Source: Flavobacteriales bacterium
GTDB taxonomy: Bacteria > Bacteroidota > Bacteroidia > Flavobacteriales_F > PHOS-HE28
DNA length: 64,000 nt
Direction of reading: 5' to 3'
Assembly: GCA_026129465.1 (NCBI GenBank)
Contig: JAHCIA010000001.1
Location: 2,885,503-2,949,502, forward strand
Of this stretch, positions 6,347-15,993 are shown in pieces. The notes under the pieces were generated by a model. The model saw only the letters and a list, made by a program, of their open reading frames with translations, searched no databases and was not told the origin of the DNA. How positions within the stretch are numbered: the first letter of the stretch is position 1; the number at the start of each line of letters is the position of its first letter. The position numbers and the translations under genes are program-made.

Positions 6347-9300
6347 ATGCTCCGCACCACGCTCATCGCACTTTTCGCCGCCTGCATCGCACTGCCGGTC
6401 CGCGCCCAGTTCACCGACGGTTTCGACGACGGTGACTTCACGAACGATCCCACCTGGAGCGGTGACGCGGGCCTGTTCACCATCGTGCAGGAGGCCGGCA
6501 GCAACATGCTGCGCAGCAACAGCCCCGGCGCGGCCACCTACCACTTGAGCACACCCAGCCTACAGGCCGCCAATGCGCAGTGGGAGTTCTTCCTCAACCT
6601 GAAGTTCGCCACCAGTGGCACCAACTACGTGGACGTCTATCTGATGAGTCCGCAGGCCGATCTGATCCCACGGCCCGAAGGCTACTTCGTGCGCATCGGC
6701 GATACGCCGGACCACATCGTGCTGTACCGGCGTGTGGGCACCACCAACACCGCGCTGGCGGAAAGTCCGAACGGCACGGTGGGCAGCAGCAGCAACAACC
6801 CCTTCCGCATCAGGGTGACGCGTGACGCGGATGACCTGTGGACCCTGGCCTACCAGCCGGGTGGCACGGGCAACTTCACCCTGGCGGGCACGGCCACCGA
6901 CGCCACCTTCAACAGCTGCACGCACTTCGGCGTCCTCATCGTACAGAGCGCCGCCGCCGGGCCGATCAACAACCACTTCTTCGATGACTTCATCGTCGGC
7001 AACATCCCCGTGGATGGGACGCCGCCCACGATCGTCGGCGTGGATGTGGTGGACGCGACGCAGGTGGACGTGCGCTTCGATGAACCTGTGACGCTCCCAT
7101 CCGCCAACATCGCGGCCAACTATGCCCTGGCACCCGCGATCGCGATCAACTCGGCACAACAGGATGGCGTCGATCCCACCAAGGTGCGGCTGGTGTTGGC
7201 GCAGGCCATGCAGAACGGCACCACCTATACCCTCACGGTGAATGGTGTGGAAGATGCCGCTGGCAATGCCACGGTGGGCGCCACGGGTCAGTTCCTCTAT
7301 TTCGTCCCCGATGTGCCCGCCTACCGGGAGGTGGTGATCAACGAATTGATGCCGGACCCCAACCCACCGGTGGGACTGCCGGACGCGGAGTACATCGAAC
7401 TATTCAACGCCACCACGGACAAGTACTTCGACCTGGCGGGCTGGCGCATCACCACCCTCAGCACGAGCGCCACACTGCCCGCGCATCCGCTCGGCCCCGG
7501 CGATCACGTGGTGTTCGTGAACAACGCCCAGCTGCCCAACTTCTCCGCCTTTCCGAACGTGCGGGGATACAGCTTGAGCAACACGGCGCTGCTCAACGCA
7601 GGTACCACTGTGACACTCGAGGCGCCCGGCAACGTGGCGATCGATGTGGTGGCCTACACCTCGGATTGGTATCAGGATCCGGACAAAGTGAATGGGGGCT
7701 GGAGCCTGGAACAGGTGGATCCCTATGCGCCGTGCTCGGGCGCCCAGAACTGGCGGGCTTCGGTGGCGTCGCTCGGCGGTACACCGGGATCGCCCAATTC
7801 GGTGTTGCAGACCACACCCGATGACACGCCACCGGCCCTTGTGCAGGCGCAGGTGCTGTCCGCCAACGCGCTTCAACTCGTCTTCAGCGAAGGACTGGAC
7901 GGTGCGAGCATCCCGGGCGCCACCTACACCATCACGCCCTTCGTGCCGGTGACGTCGGTCCTCCCACAGCCGCCGATCAACCAGCTGGTGCAGGTGCTGC
8001 TCGGCGCTCCCCTGGAGGAGGGGGTGATGCACACGATCACGGTGACCGGCGTGGCGGACTGCTCGGGCAATACGATCGCCACGGCCAACAGTGCGCAATT
8101 CCTCTTCTTCACGCCCGCCGCGCCCGCCTTCCGCGATGTGGTGATCAATGAGCTGATGGTGGATCCCACGCCCACGGTAGGTCTGCCCGATGCGGAGTAC
8201 ATCGAGCTCTTCAACACCACCACGGACAAGTTCTTCGATCTGGCGGGTTGGCGCATCACCACGCTCACCACAAGCGCCACACTGCCGTCGTACGCCCTGC
8301 TGCCCGGGGAACATGTGGTCTTCGTGAACAATGCGCAAGTGCCGAACTTCTCCGCCATACCCAACGTGGCGGGATACGGTTTGAGCACCACGGCCCTGCT
8401 GAACGACGGCACCACCCTGACACTTGAAGGACCTGGCGGCGCGCCTGTGGATGTGGTGGCATACACCTCCGCCTGGTACCGCGACCCCGCCAAGAGCGAT
8501 GGGGGCTGGAGTCTGGAGCAGATCGACCCCTATCTGCCCTGTTCCGGCGCGTTCAACTGGCGCGCCTCCACAGGGATCGCGGGCGGCACGCCGGGTGAGG
8601 CCAACGCGGTGCTGCAAGTGGCGCCCGATACGGCACCGCCGGTCCTGGAGAAGATCTTGCCCCTGTCGGAAACGCTCTTGGAGCTGGTCTTCAATGAAGG
8701 GCTGGGCGGAGAGAGCGTGCTCGACGCCACGTATACCATCACGCCTTTCCTTCCCGTGAATGGCATCATATCCCTGCCACCGATCAACCAACGTGTGCAG
8801 TTGATCCTCGGTGCGGCCATGGAGATCGGCACGATCTACACGCTGGTGGTGGAAGGTGTGGACGATTGCTCCGGCAATGCGATCACTGGGGCCAACAGCG
8901 CGCAGTTCGCGCTGCCCGAAGCGCCGGAGGCGGGCGATGTGGTGGTGAACGAGGTACTGCCCAACCCGATCACCACCGGCGGTGAGTATGTGGAAGTATA
9001 CAACCGCAGCACCAAGGTGTTGAGCCTGCAGGGCTGGAAGATGGCCAACGAGAGCGGTGGGGCGGTGGCCAACCCGCGCGTCATCAGCAACGAGCCGCTG
9101 CTGCTCTTCCCGGGTGAGTACATGCTCTTCACGCGCAACCCCTTCGTCACCGCGCAGCAATTCCCTTTGGGCCGCAGCGGGCGTTTCGTCACCGTGAACC
9201 TGCCGAGCTACACGAACACCAGCGGCGTGGTGGTGGTGCTGAGCGACCAGGACGATGTGATCGACCTGTTCCGCTACGATGACAAGCTGCACTTCCCCCT

Positions 9301-9769
9301 GCTGCGCAACGTGAAGGGCGTGTCCCTGGAACGTCAGGACCCCGACCGCCCCACCGACGACCGCACCAACTGGCACAGTGCCTCGGAGTATGTGGGTTTC
9401 GGCACACCGGGCTACGAGAATTCGCAGTATGCGCCCGCCCCCCGGCCCACCGGCGAGATGACGATCGAGCCGGCCATCTTCAGCCCCGACAACGATGGCT
9501 ACCAGGACGTGCTCACCATCGCGTTCCGCTTCGACCAGCCGGGCTTCGTGGGCACCATGCGCGTGTATGACATCGCCGGGCGCGAAGTGCGCAGGTTGAT
9601 GGACAGCCAGTTGCTCGGTACGCTCGGCGCCGTGTCATGGGACGGCATCCAGGACAACGGCAGCAAGGCGCGCATGGGCCCATACATCGTCCACTTCGAG
9701 GTGTACGACCTGGCCGGCAACGTGGAGACCTTCCGCAAGACCGTCACCCTCGCCCACCGGCTCGACTGA
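6347..9769 (+). CDS. secreted multi-domain protein with three lamin-tail-like (LTD) domains, Ig-like spacers and a C-terminal FlgD-Ig/CHU_C-like beta-sandwich
   Basis: Signal peptide. Three repeats of VVINE(L/V)xPxP...EY(I/V)ExxN...GW. C-terminus reads FSPDNDGYQD...VYDIAGREV...WDG. Confidence 0.8.
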   Translation: MLRTTLIALFAACIALPVRAQFTDGFDDGDFTNDPTWSGDAGLFTIVQEAGSNMLRSNSPGAATYHLSTPSLQAANAQWEFFLNLKFATSGTNYVDVYLMSPQADLIPRPEGYFVRIGDTPDHIVLYRRVGTTNTALAESPNGTVGSSSNNPFRIRVTRDADDLWTLAYQPGGTGNFTLAGTATDATFNSCTHFGVLIVQSAAAGPINNHFFDDFIVGNIPVDGTPPTIVGVDVVDATQVDVRFDEPVTLPSANIAANYALAPAIAINSAQQDGVDPTKVRLVLAQAMQNGTTYTLTVNGVEDAAGNATVGATGQFLYFVPDVPAYREVVINELMPDPNPPVGLPDAEYIELFNATTDKYFDLAGWRITTLSTSATLPAHPLGPGDHVVFVNNAQLPNFSAFPNVRGYSLSNTALLNAGTTVTLEAPGNVAIDVVAYTSDWYQDPDKVNGGWSLEQVDPYAPCSGAQNWRASVASLGGTPGSPNSVLQTTPDDTPPALVQAQVLSANALQLVFSEGLDGASIPGATYTITPFVPVTSVLPQPPINQLVQVLLGAPLEEGVMHTITVTGVADCSGNTIATANSAQFLFFTPAAPAFRDVVINELMVDPTPTVGLPDAEYIELFNTTTDKFFDLAGWRITTLTTSATLPSYALLPGEHVVFVNNAQVPNFSAIPNVAGYGLSTTALLNDGTTLTLEGPGGAPVDVVAYTSAWYRDPAKSDGGWSLEQIDPYLPCSGAFNWRASTGIAGGTPGEANAVLQVAPDTAPPVLEKILPLSETLLELVFNEGLGGESVLDATYTITPFLPVNGIISLPPINQRVQLILGAAMEIGTIYTLVVEGVDDCSGNAITGANSAQFALPEAPEAGDVVVNEVLPNPITTGGEYVEVYNRSTKVLSLQGWKMANESGGAVANPRVISNEPLLLFPGEYMLFTRNPFVTAQQFPLGRSGRFVTVNLPSYTNTSGVVVVLSDQDDVIDLFRYDDKLHFPLLRNVKGVSLERQDPDRPTDDRTNWHSASEYVGFGTPGYENSQYAPAPRPTGEMTIEPAIFSPDNDGYQDVLTIAFRFDQPGFVGTMRVYDIAGREVRRLMDSQLLGTLGAVSWDGIQDNGSKARMGPYIVHFEVYDLAGNVETFRKTVTLAHRLD
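7313..8926 (+). repeat. in-frame tandem duplication, 2 x 807 bp (2 x 269 aa)
   Basis: Units 7313-8119 and 8120-8926 align codon for codon (~70 % aa identity by eye). Each holds one LTD and one Ig-like module. Confidence 0.85.
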
Positions 9770-9779
9770 GGCGTATCCT

Positions 9780-9926
9780 TCAGTCCAAGGCGTTGCGCGT
9801 GACCCAATAGCGCCAGGCAAGCAGCAGCTTGTGGTGGCCGCCAAGCCGCATCATGCGTTCAGGGCGGACCTTCGGAAGCAGCAGCTTGTTCAGCCTTGCC
9901 AAGGTCAGGAAGAAGGCCCTGCGCAT
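9780..9926 (-). CDS. candidate 48-aa basic small protein immediately downstream of the OmpA-family gene
   Basis: ATG lies 4 nt after the ompA-like stop. About 85 % GC at third codon positions by hand count. No recognisable family. Below the ORF-track length cutoff. Confidence 0.25.
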   Translation of the reverse strand: MRRAFFLTLARLNKLLLPKVRPERMMRLGGHHKLLLAWRYWVTRNALD

Positions 9927-9930
9927 GCCC

Positions 9931-10752
9931 TCATGGTTCGCCCACCAGCTGGAAGAGTTCCTTCAGGTCGGGCGTGAGGATGATCTCCGTACGGCGGTTG
10001 CGCGCCCGGCCATCGGCCTCGCGGTTGCTGGCCACGGGGATCCACTCGCCGCGGCCCGCCGAGGTTACCCGCTTGGGGTCGAGCTTGTGGTCCGTGGTGA
10101 GGATGCGCACGATGCTCGTGGCCCGTGCGGTGCTCAGTTCCCAGTTGTCCTTGAACCGCCCGCTGGCGATGGGGATCGTGTCGGTATGGCCCTCCACCAT
10201 CACGCCGATGTCCGCGTTGGCGTTGAGCACCTGGGCCAGCTGTCCGATGGCCTCCTTGCCCTTGGGGTCCACGTCCGCGCTGCCGCTCTTGAACAGCAGC
10301 TTCTCGCTGAGCGACACGTACACCTTGCCGTCCTTCATCGTTACGGTGAGTTCGTCGCTCTTGAAGTTCACCAGCGCGTCGGCCACCTTGCGGCGCAGGC
10401 TGTTCAGCGCGTTGGTCTGCGCGTCCAGCTTGCGGTTGAGTTCGTCCATGCGGCGCACTTTGTCCAGCAGTTCGGCGTCCTTCTTCGACAGCATGGCCTC
10501 GCTGTTGGTCAGTGATTTCTGCAACAGCTCCAATTCGCCCTCCAGCACCTTGGACTTGCCTTGTATGGCGGCCAGATCGCTCTGCGTGGACTTCAAGCCA
10601 CCTTCCAATTGGGCGATACGCGCCACCTGGCGGGTGCTGTCGGCCTGCAGCCGCGACACATGGTCCGTGGCGGAGACGTACTTCTTCTTGGCCACGCAGG
10701 AGGGCAATACGAGAACGAGAACCAGGGCGGGATAGAGGATACGTGTGATCAT
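9931..10752 (-). CDS. OmpA/MotB-family lipoprotein with an N-terminal coiled coil
   Basis: Lipobox LVLPSC. C-terminal OmpA-like domain (VEGHTDTIPI...NWELSTARATSIVRIL...RNRRTEIILTP). Confidence 0.9.
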   Translation of the reverse strand: MITRILYPALVLVLVLPSCVAKKKYVSATDHVSRLQADSTRQVARIAQLEGGLKSTQSDLAAIQGKSKVLEGELELLQKSLTNSEAMLSKKDAELLDKVRRMDELNRKLDAQTNALNSLRRKVADALVNFKSDELTVTMKDGKVYVSLSEKLLFKSGSADVDPKGKEAIGQLAQVLNANADIGVMVEGHTDTIPIASGRFKDNWELSTARATSIVRILTTDHKLDPKRVTSAGRGEWIPVASNREADGRARNRRTEIILTPDLKELFQLVGEP

Positions 10753-10784
10753 GAGGACAGGGTGTTGGTCGAGGGAAAATTAGT

Positions 10785-11687
10785 TCATCGGTGCAGATGG
10801 TCCACATGCTCGCCTGGCCATTGCAGTTCGATGGTGGCATGATGCACGCCGAGTTCATGGAGGGCATGGCGGGCGAGTTCCTTGATGGCATGGGATTCCT
10901 CCAAGGAGCCGGTCGCCACCTCCAGGTGCACGCTGGCCACCACGTATTCGCCATCGAGGCTCCAGGTATGCGCATCGGTCAGGGCGCGCACACCGGGAAT
11001 GGCCAGGAGCGCGGCCTCCACGCTGGCGGCCGCCACGCCATGGGGCTGCGCCTGCATGAGAATGGCGGTGCCTTTGCGCAGCGTGCCCATGGCGTTCACC
11101 AGGATGTAGGCGCTGATGCCCATGGCCAGGAGTGGATCCACCACGGCCCAGCCCGTGAAGTGGATGACGATGGCGCCGACGAGGACGGCCGCCCAGCCGA
11201 GCACATCCTCCAGCAGGTGCAGGTAGGCGCCGCGTTCGTTCAGCGTGCGTCCACCGTGCAGGCGCCATGCGGCCAGGCCGTTCATCAGCAGGCCGAAGAC
11301 CGCGATCGCCATCATGCCGGTGGAGTGCGGTTCCACGGGCGCGAAGAGGCGCGGGATGGAGACGGTGAACATGAACACCGCGCCCACGATGAGGATCACC
11401 GAGGCGAGCCAGCCGCCAAGCATGCTGTAGCGCGCATAGCCATAGCTGTAGCGGATATCCCGGCCGCGCGTGGCCACGCCCTGCAGGTACCACGCCGCGC
11501 CCAGCACCAGGCAGTCGCCCAGGTCATGCACCGCATCGGTGAGTACGGCGATGCTGTTGGTGAGCCACCCGCCGATGGCTTCCACCACGGTGAAGGCGAG
11601 GTTCAGGAAGAACGCGGTGCGCAACGCGACGACCGAAGGCGGCGGAGGGGGAGTGGTGCCGTGCGCGTGCTGGTGGTGGCCGCCCAT
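10785..11687 (-). CDS. cation diffusion facilitator family transporter (CzcD/ZitB-like)
   Basis: His-rich N-terminus MGGHHQHAHG, six TM segments, HLLEDVLGW motif, C-terminal cytoplasmic domain. Confidence 0.9.
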   Translation of the reverse strand: MGGHHQHAHGTTPPPPPSVVALRTAFFLNLAFTVVEAIGGWLTNSIAVLTDAVHDLGDCLVLGAAWYLQGVATRGRDIRYSYGYARYSMLGGWLASVILIVGAVFMFTVSIPRLFAPVEPHSTGMMAIAVFGLLMNGLAAWRLHGGRTLNERGAYLHLLEDVLGWAAVLVGAIVIHFTGWAVVDPLLAMGISAYILVNAMGTLRKGTAILMQAQPHGVAAASVEAALLAIPGVRALTDAHTWSLDGEYVVASVHLEVATGSLEESHAIKELARHALHELGVHHATIELQWPGEHVDHLHR

Positions 11688-11720
11688 GCCGCCAAGTTAG
11701 ACGGGAGGCGCATGAAGCGA

Positions 11721-13667
11721 TCAGCCCACCACTACGCGGCCGGTCTTGCGTGCCAGCTTGGTCTTCACCTGGATCAGCCGGTTCTTTTCCGCCAGCACCA
11801 GGAGTTGCTCCTCATAGGGGACATCGCCGAGCTTGTCGTCCAGGTCGCGCAGCAGCCGGTCCACACGACGTTCCTTGAGGATGTCCACGGCCTCCTCCAA
11901 CGCGTCGTAGAGCTCATGGCTCTCGTGCCGCACATGGATCTTGTGCCGTGCCTGCCAGTTGGGACTGAGCAGGTGCCGCTCCGTGAGGAGGTCGATGGCC
12001 GTGCGGCGCCATTGTTCCTCGTCATGCCCCACGTAGCGCGTATTGTCCACGTTCTGGCCCAGGTTCAGCGAGTGCCGGTAGTCGAGATAGATGGCGAGGA
12101 GGAGCGGATCGTCGAAGAGGATGTCGTCCAAGGCCAGCAATTCGAACATCACTTCGGCGAGTGAGCTCTCATCCACGGTCGTGGCGCCGTTCTCATCCTG
12201 CACGGGCACCATGATGCGTTGGTGGCCGTAGTTCAGCAGGATGCGCAACAGGTCCCGTTCCTGCGGCGTGGTGCCAACATCCTCCAGGGTCTCCTGCGAT
12301 GGCGCGGACAGTGTGGCGATCGGTTCATCGGCCATCGCGGCATCCTCATGCCTGCGCTTGTGCCTGCGCCGAAGCGCCTTGTTCATCTCGCTGATGAGGG
12401 CCTGTTCGGAGACCTCCAGCATGCGCGCGCATTCCCTCAAATAGAGCGCGCGCAGGATCTGGTCGGGCACCAGCGCGATGCTGTCCACGATCTCGTGGAT
12501 GGCCTGTGACCTCTTCACGGGGTCCTGCCCCACATCGGCCATGAGCAGCGCCGCCTTGAAGACCAGGAAATCCTTCGCCTGTTCCTCGAGGTACGTGCGC
12601 ACTTCGCTGCTGCCGCGCGCCTTGGCGAAGCTGTCAGGGTCCTCGCCCTCGGGGAAGGTCACCACCTTCACGTTGAGGCCCTCCTGCAGCACCAGGTCGA
12701 TGCCGCGCAAGCTGGCCTTCATCCCGGCGGCGTCACCGTCGTAGAGGATGCATACCGTGGGGGCGTAGCGCTTGATCAGGCGAACCTGGTCCTCGGTGAG
12801 GCTGGTGCCGCTGCTGGCCACGGTGTTGACGATGCCGGCCTGGTGCAGCGCGATCACGTCGGTGTAGCCCTCCACCAGGTAGCAGAGTTCCTGCTCGGCA
12901 ATGGCCTTCTTGGCGTGGTGGATGCCGTAGAGCGACCGGCTCTTCACATAGAGGGCGCTCTCGGGGCTGTTGAAATACTTCGCCAGTTTCTTGTCGTTGC
13001 GCAGGGTGCGCGCACCGAAGGCGATGGGCTGGCCACTGAGCCCGAGGATGGGGAATATGACGCGCCCTGCGAAGAAGTCCCAGGCGGTGCCGTCCTCGCG
13101 CCGCTTGATCCAGCCGGCCTTCTCCAGCAATTCCGGATCGAAGCCATGTGCCAATGCCGCGGTGGCGAAGGCGTTGCCCTGTTCGGGCACATAGCCCAGC
13201 TGGAAGGACCGGATGGTGGCTTCGCTGAACCCGCGCTCCACGAAGTAGGAGAGGCCGATGCGACGCCCTTCGTCGGTGTTCCACAGGTGCTCCACGCTCC
13301 ACTCCAACGCCCAGCGCTGGATCACGGCCAGCGCCTCACGCTCGTTCTGCTCTTCCTGCTGCTCGGGTGTCGCCTCCTCTTCCGGCAGATCGATGTTGTA
13401 GCGCTTCGCCAGCCAGCGGATCGCCTCCACGTAGCTCAGGTGCTCGTGCTTGCGCAGAAAGCCGATCGCATCGCCGGACTCGCCGCAGCCGAAGCATTTG
13501 TAGATGCCGAGGTTGGGCGTGACGTTGAAGGAGGGCGTCTTCTCGTTGTGGAACGGGCAGAGGCCCAGCCAGCGCGCGCCCTTGCGCTTGAGGGCCACGA
13601 ATTCGCCCACGACCTCCTCCACGCGCATGGCGTCCTTCACCTGTTGGATGGCGTGGGGCTGGATCAT
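11721..13667 (-). CDS. dnaG: DNA primase
   Basis: Zn-ribbon CPFHNEKTPSFNVTPNLGIYKCFGCGESGD. TOPRIM region EGYTDVIALHQAG...YDGDAAG. Confidence 0.95.
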   Translation of the reverse strand: MIQPHAIQQVKDAMRVEEVVGEFVALKRKGARWLGLCPFHNEKTPSFNVTPNLGIYKCFGCGESGDAIGFLRKHEHLSYVEAIRWLAKRYNIDLPEEEATPEQQEEQNEREALAVIQRWALEWSVEHLWNTDEGRRIGLSYFVERGFSEATIRSFQLGYVPEQGNAFATAALAHGFDPELLEKAGWIKRREDGTAWDFFAGRVIFPILGLSGQPIAFGARTLRNDKKLAKYFNSPESALYVKSRSLYGIHHAKKAIAEQELCYLVEGYTDVIALHQAGIVNTVASSGTSLTEDQVRLIKRYAPTVCILYDGDAAGMKASLRGIDLVLQEGLNVKVVTFPEGEDPDSFAKARGSSEVRTYLEEQAKDFLVFKAALLMADVGQDPVKRSQAIHEIVDSIALVPDQILRALYLRECARMLEVSEQALISEMNKALRRRHKRRHEDAAMADEPIATLSAPSQETLEDVGTTPQERDLLRILLNYGHQRIMVPVQDENGATTVDESSLAEVMFELLALDDILFDDPLLLAIYLDYRHSLNLGQNVDNTRYVGHDEEQWRRTAIDLLTERHLLSPNWQARHKIHVRHESHELYDALEEAVDILKERRVDRLLRDLDDKLGDVPYEEQLLVLAEKNRLIQVKTKLARKTGRVVVG

Positions 13668-13725
13668 GGAAAGGCGGTGCGGCGGGGCGGTGAATTTACG
13701 CCCGGCGATGGGTGCCGGACGGCGC

Positions 13726-14178
13726 TCAGCGCTGTTCCAGGATATGGCCGAGCGTGTCGTAAAGAACGGTCTTCAGGTGCGTGCCGTCCGCGCTGTAGAA
13801 GTTCCACTCGCCCGTGGGGTTCCCTCGGTGGTATTGGCCGGTGTAGTAGGGCAGCCCGCTTTCATGGTAGACCTCCGTGGAGCCGTGCTGGATCCCCTGT
13901 TCGAACTGTCCCCGGCTGCGGATCATGCCGTTGGGGAAGAAGGACGTCCAAGTGCCATGGCGCAGACCATCCATCTTGGGGCCGCGCATGCGCAGGGTGC
14001 CATCGTTGGCGCGGATCTCCTCCATGCCATCGCTGGTCCGGACGGTTCCTGCGGTGTCCGCGACACCGTCAACGGGCTTGTCCGCCGACCGCTGCGGTGC
14101 GCCCGCGGGTCGGTCGCAGGAGCACAGGATGGACAAGGCGATGGCGATGGCGGAAGGGCGGAGGAGCATGGCGTTCAT
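13726..14178 (-). CDS. MORN-repeat (YwqK-like) lipoprotein
   Basis: Lipobox ILCSC. Repeated G-x-W / G-x-H-G MORN-variant units. Start overlaps the upstream stop (ATGA). Confidence 0.7.
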   Translation of the reverse strand: MNAMLLRPSAIAIALSILCSCDRPAGAPQRSADKPVDGVADTAGTVRTSDGMEEIRANDGTLRMRGPKMDGLRHGTWTSFFPNGMIRSRGQFEQGIQHGSTEVYHESGLPYYTGQYHRGNPTGEWNFYSADGTHLKTVLYDTLGHILEQR

Positions 14179-15149
14179 TTCGTTCTTTCCACGGTGAAGC
14201 GCACCAGTCCTTCCAGCGCGTCACGTGCTTCCGTACGCGGAAAATGGTGGAGTTCGGCCAAGGCCAGATCGCGGTAGTGGACCATGCGTTGGTTCGCGTG
14301 CGCGATGCCGCCGGCCTCCTTCACCAGTTCCACCACGCGCGCCACGGCCCGCCCGTCCTGGTTTCGGTTCTTCACGGTGTCCACGATGCGGCGCCGCTCG
14401 GCCCGGTCCACCTGGCGCAGCGCATGGATCAGCGGCAGGGTGAGCTTCTTCTCCTTGATGTCGAGGCCGGTGGGTTTGCCCGTGTCCTGGCCCGCGCCAT
14501 AATCGAAGAGGTCGTCCTTGATCTGGAAGGCGATGCCGGTGAATTCGCCGAAAAGCCGCATGCGCTCCACCTCCTCCTGCGGCCGTCCGGCGGCACTGGC
14601 CCCGCAGGCGCAGCACGCGGCGATGAGACTGGCGGTCTTCTGGCGGATGATCTCGAAGTAGGTCTCCTCGCCTAGATCCAGGTCGCGGCTCTTTTCCAAT
14701 TGCAGCAGCTCGCCCTCGCTCATCTCGCGCACGGCCCGGCTCACGATGCGCAGCAACTCGAACTCGCCCTTGTCCACCGCCAGCAGCAGGCCCCGGCTCA
14801 GCAGGTAGTCGCCCACGAGCACGGCGATCTTGTTCTTCCACAGGGCGTTGATGCTGAAGAAGCCCCGGCGCATGGCGCTGCCGTCCACCACGTCATCATG
14901 CACCAGGGTGGCGGTGTGCAGCAGTTCGATGAGGCTGGCGGCGGTGAAGGCGCTCTCGTTGACCGGCCCGAACTGTCGGGCGCTGAGCAGGGTGAACATG
15001 GGCCGCATCTGCTTGCCCTTGCGCTTCACGATGTAGTGCATGATGCGGTCCAGGAGGGCCGTCTTGCTGCGCATGGCCTCGCGGAAGTGTGGCTCGAAGG
15101 CCTTCATTTCCGCCGCGATGGGCCGTTGGATCTCCTCGAAGCCGCGCAT
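14175..15149 (-). CDS. polyprenyl diphosphate synthase (IspB-like)
   Basis: First DDxxD motif seen as LVHDDVVD. A second Asp-rich region (KDDLFD). 324 aa. Confidence 0.9.
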   Translation of the reverse strand: MRGFEEIQRPIAAEMKAFEPHFREAMRSKTALLDRIMHYIVKRKGKQMRPMFTLLSARQFGPVNESAFTAASLIELLHTATLVHDDVVDGSAMRRGFFSINALWKNKIAVLVGDYLLSRGLLLAVDKGEFELLRIVSRAVREMSEGELLQLEKSRDLDLGEETYFEIIRQKTASLIAACCACGASAAGRPQEEVERMRLFGEFTGIAFQIKDDLFDYGAGQDTGKPTGLDIKEKKLTLPLIHALRQVDRAERRRIVDTVKNRNQDGRAVARVVELVKEAGGIAHANQRMVHYRDLALAELHHFPRTEARDALEGLVRFTVERTK

Positions 15150-15250
15150 GGTGCGGGGCCAAAGATCGTGATCATGGGCGCGCGCCGGCCGCCGATCCGG
15201 GGACCGGCGCGCCGGAAAGCATGGTGTGCCATCGCATAACTTCGCTGTGG

Positions 15251-15973
15251 ATGCGGATACCCTCCCTGATGACGCGATCGGCCTGCGCTGCGGCCCTTGG
15301 CTTGGCGGCCCTGCTGGCCCATGGCCAGTCCAAGGACGCCAGGGCCCGCGTGCTGCTGCGCAAGGAGCGGATGGCGGCGCAATTCGACACGGTGAACGTG
15401 GTGAAGAACGTGGTGAAGGCCAACCCCTTGCTCTTCCTGCGCGGCGAGATACCGCTCTACTACGAGCGTGCGCTCACCTACAGGCTGAGCATGGAAGTGG
15501 GGGTGGGCGTCACCCTGCGCAACTACATGGCCATGACCTTCATGGGCGATGATGCCGATGACTTCGGGGCCGGCACGGAGATCATTCCCAACCTCAGCTA
15601 CCGGATCGCCGCGCGTTTCTATTTGGAGGACGACCTGGAACCCCAGGGCTGGTATGTGCAGCCGGAGTTCGGCCATCTGGTCTACGCCAAGGACATCCGC
15701 GAGGTGGGCCCGAACGGTGTTTTCACGGAGGTTCGCTACCGGGACCAACGCACCTTCAATGATGTGCGTGCCCTGCTGGGCTACCAGATGTTGTCGAGTT
15801 CCAGCAATTGGCTGATCGACGTGTATGGCGGTGTCGCCTTCCGGGACCGCAACCTGCGCAAGGTGCAGGAGAACCTCGATCCCGCCACACGGCTCTATAC
15901 CTACAAGGTGGTCGAGTCGAACGACATCATCCCGGCCTTTTTCCTGGGGGTGAAGGTGGGGGTCGGCTTTTGA
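15251..15973 (+). CDS. hypothetical outer-membrane beta-barrel protein
   Basis: Signal peptide ...ALLAHGQS. Alternating beta-strand pattern. C-terminal ...VKVGVGF (terminal Phe). Confidence 0.6.
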   Translation: MRIPSLMTRSACAAALGLAALLAHGQSKDARARVLLRKERMAAQFDTVNVVKNVVKANPLLFLRGEIPLYYERALTYRLSMEVGVGVTLRNYMAMTFMGDDADDFGAGTEIIPNLSYRIAARFYLEDDLEPQGWYVQPEFGHLVYAKDIREVGPNGVFTEVRYRDQRTFNDVRALLGYQMLSSSSNWLIDVYGGVAFRDRNLRKVQENLDPATRLYTYKVVESNDIIPAFFLGVKVGVGF

Positions 15974-15993
15974 CCGGGAGCTTTGGCTTCCCT

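Noticed and set aside
7400-9376. 658-aa minus-strand ORF
   Set aside because: Antisense shadow of the LTD protein gene. It mirrors that gene's internal duplication, which shows it is a by-product of the sense-strand repeat.
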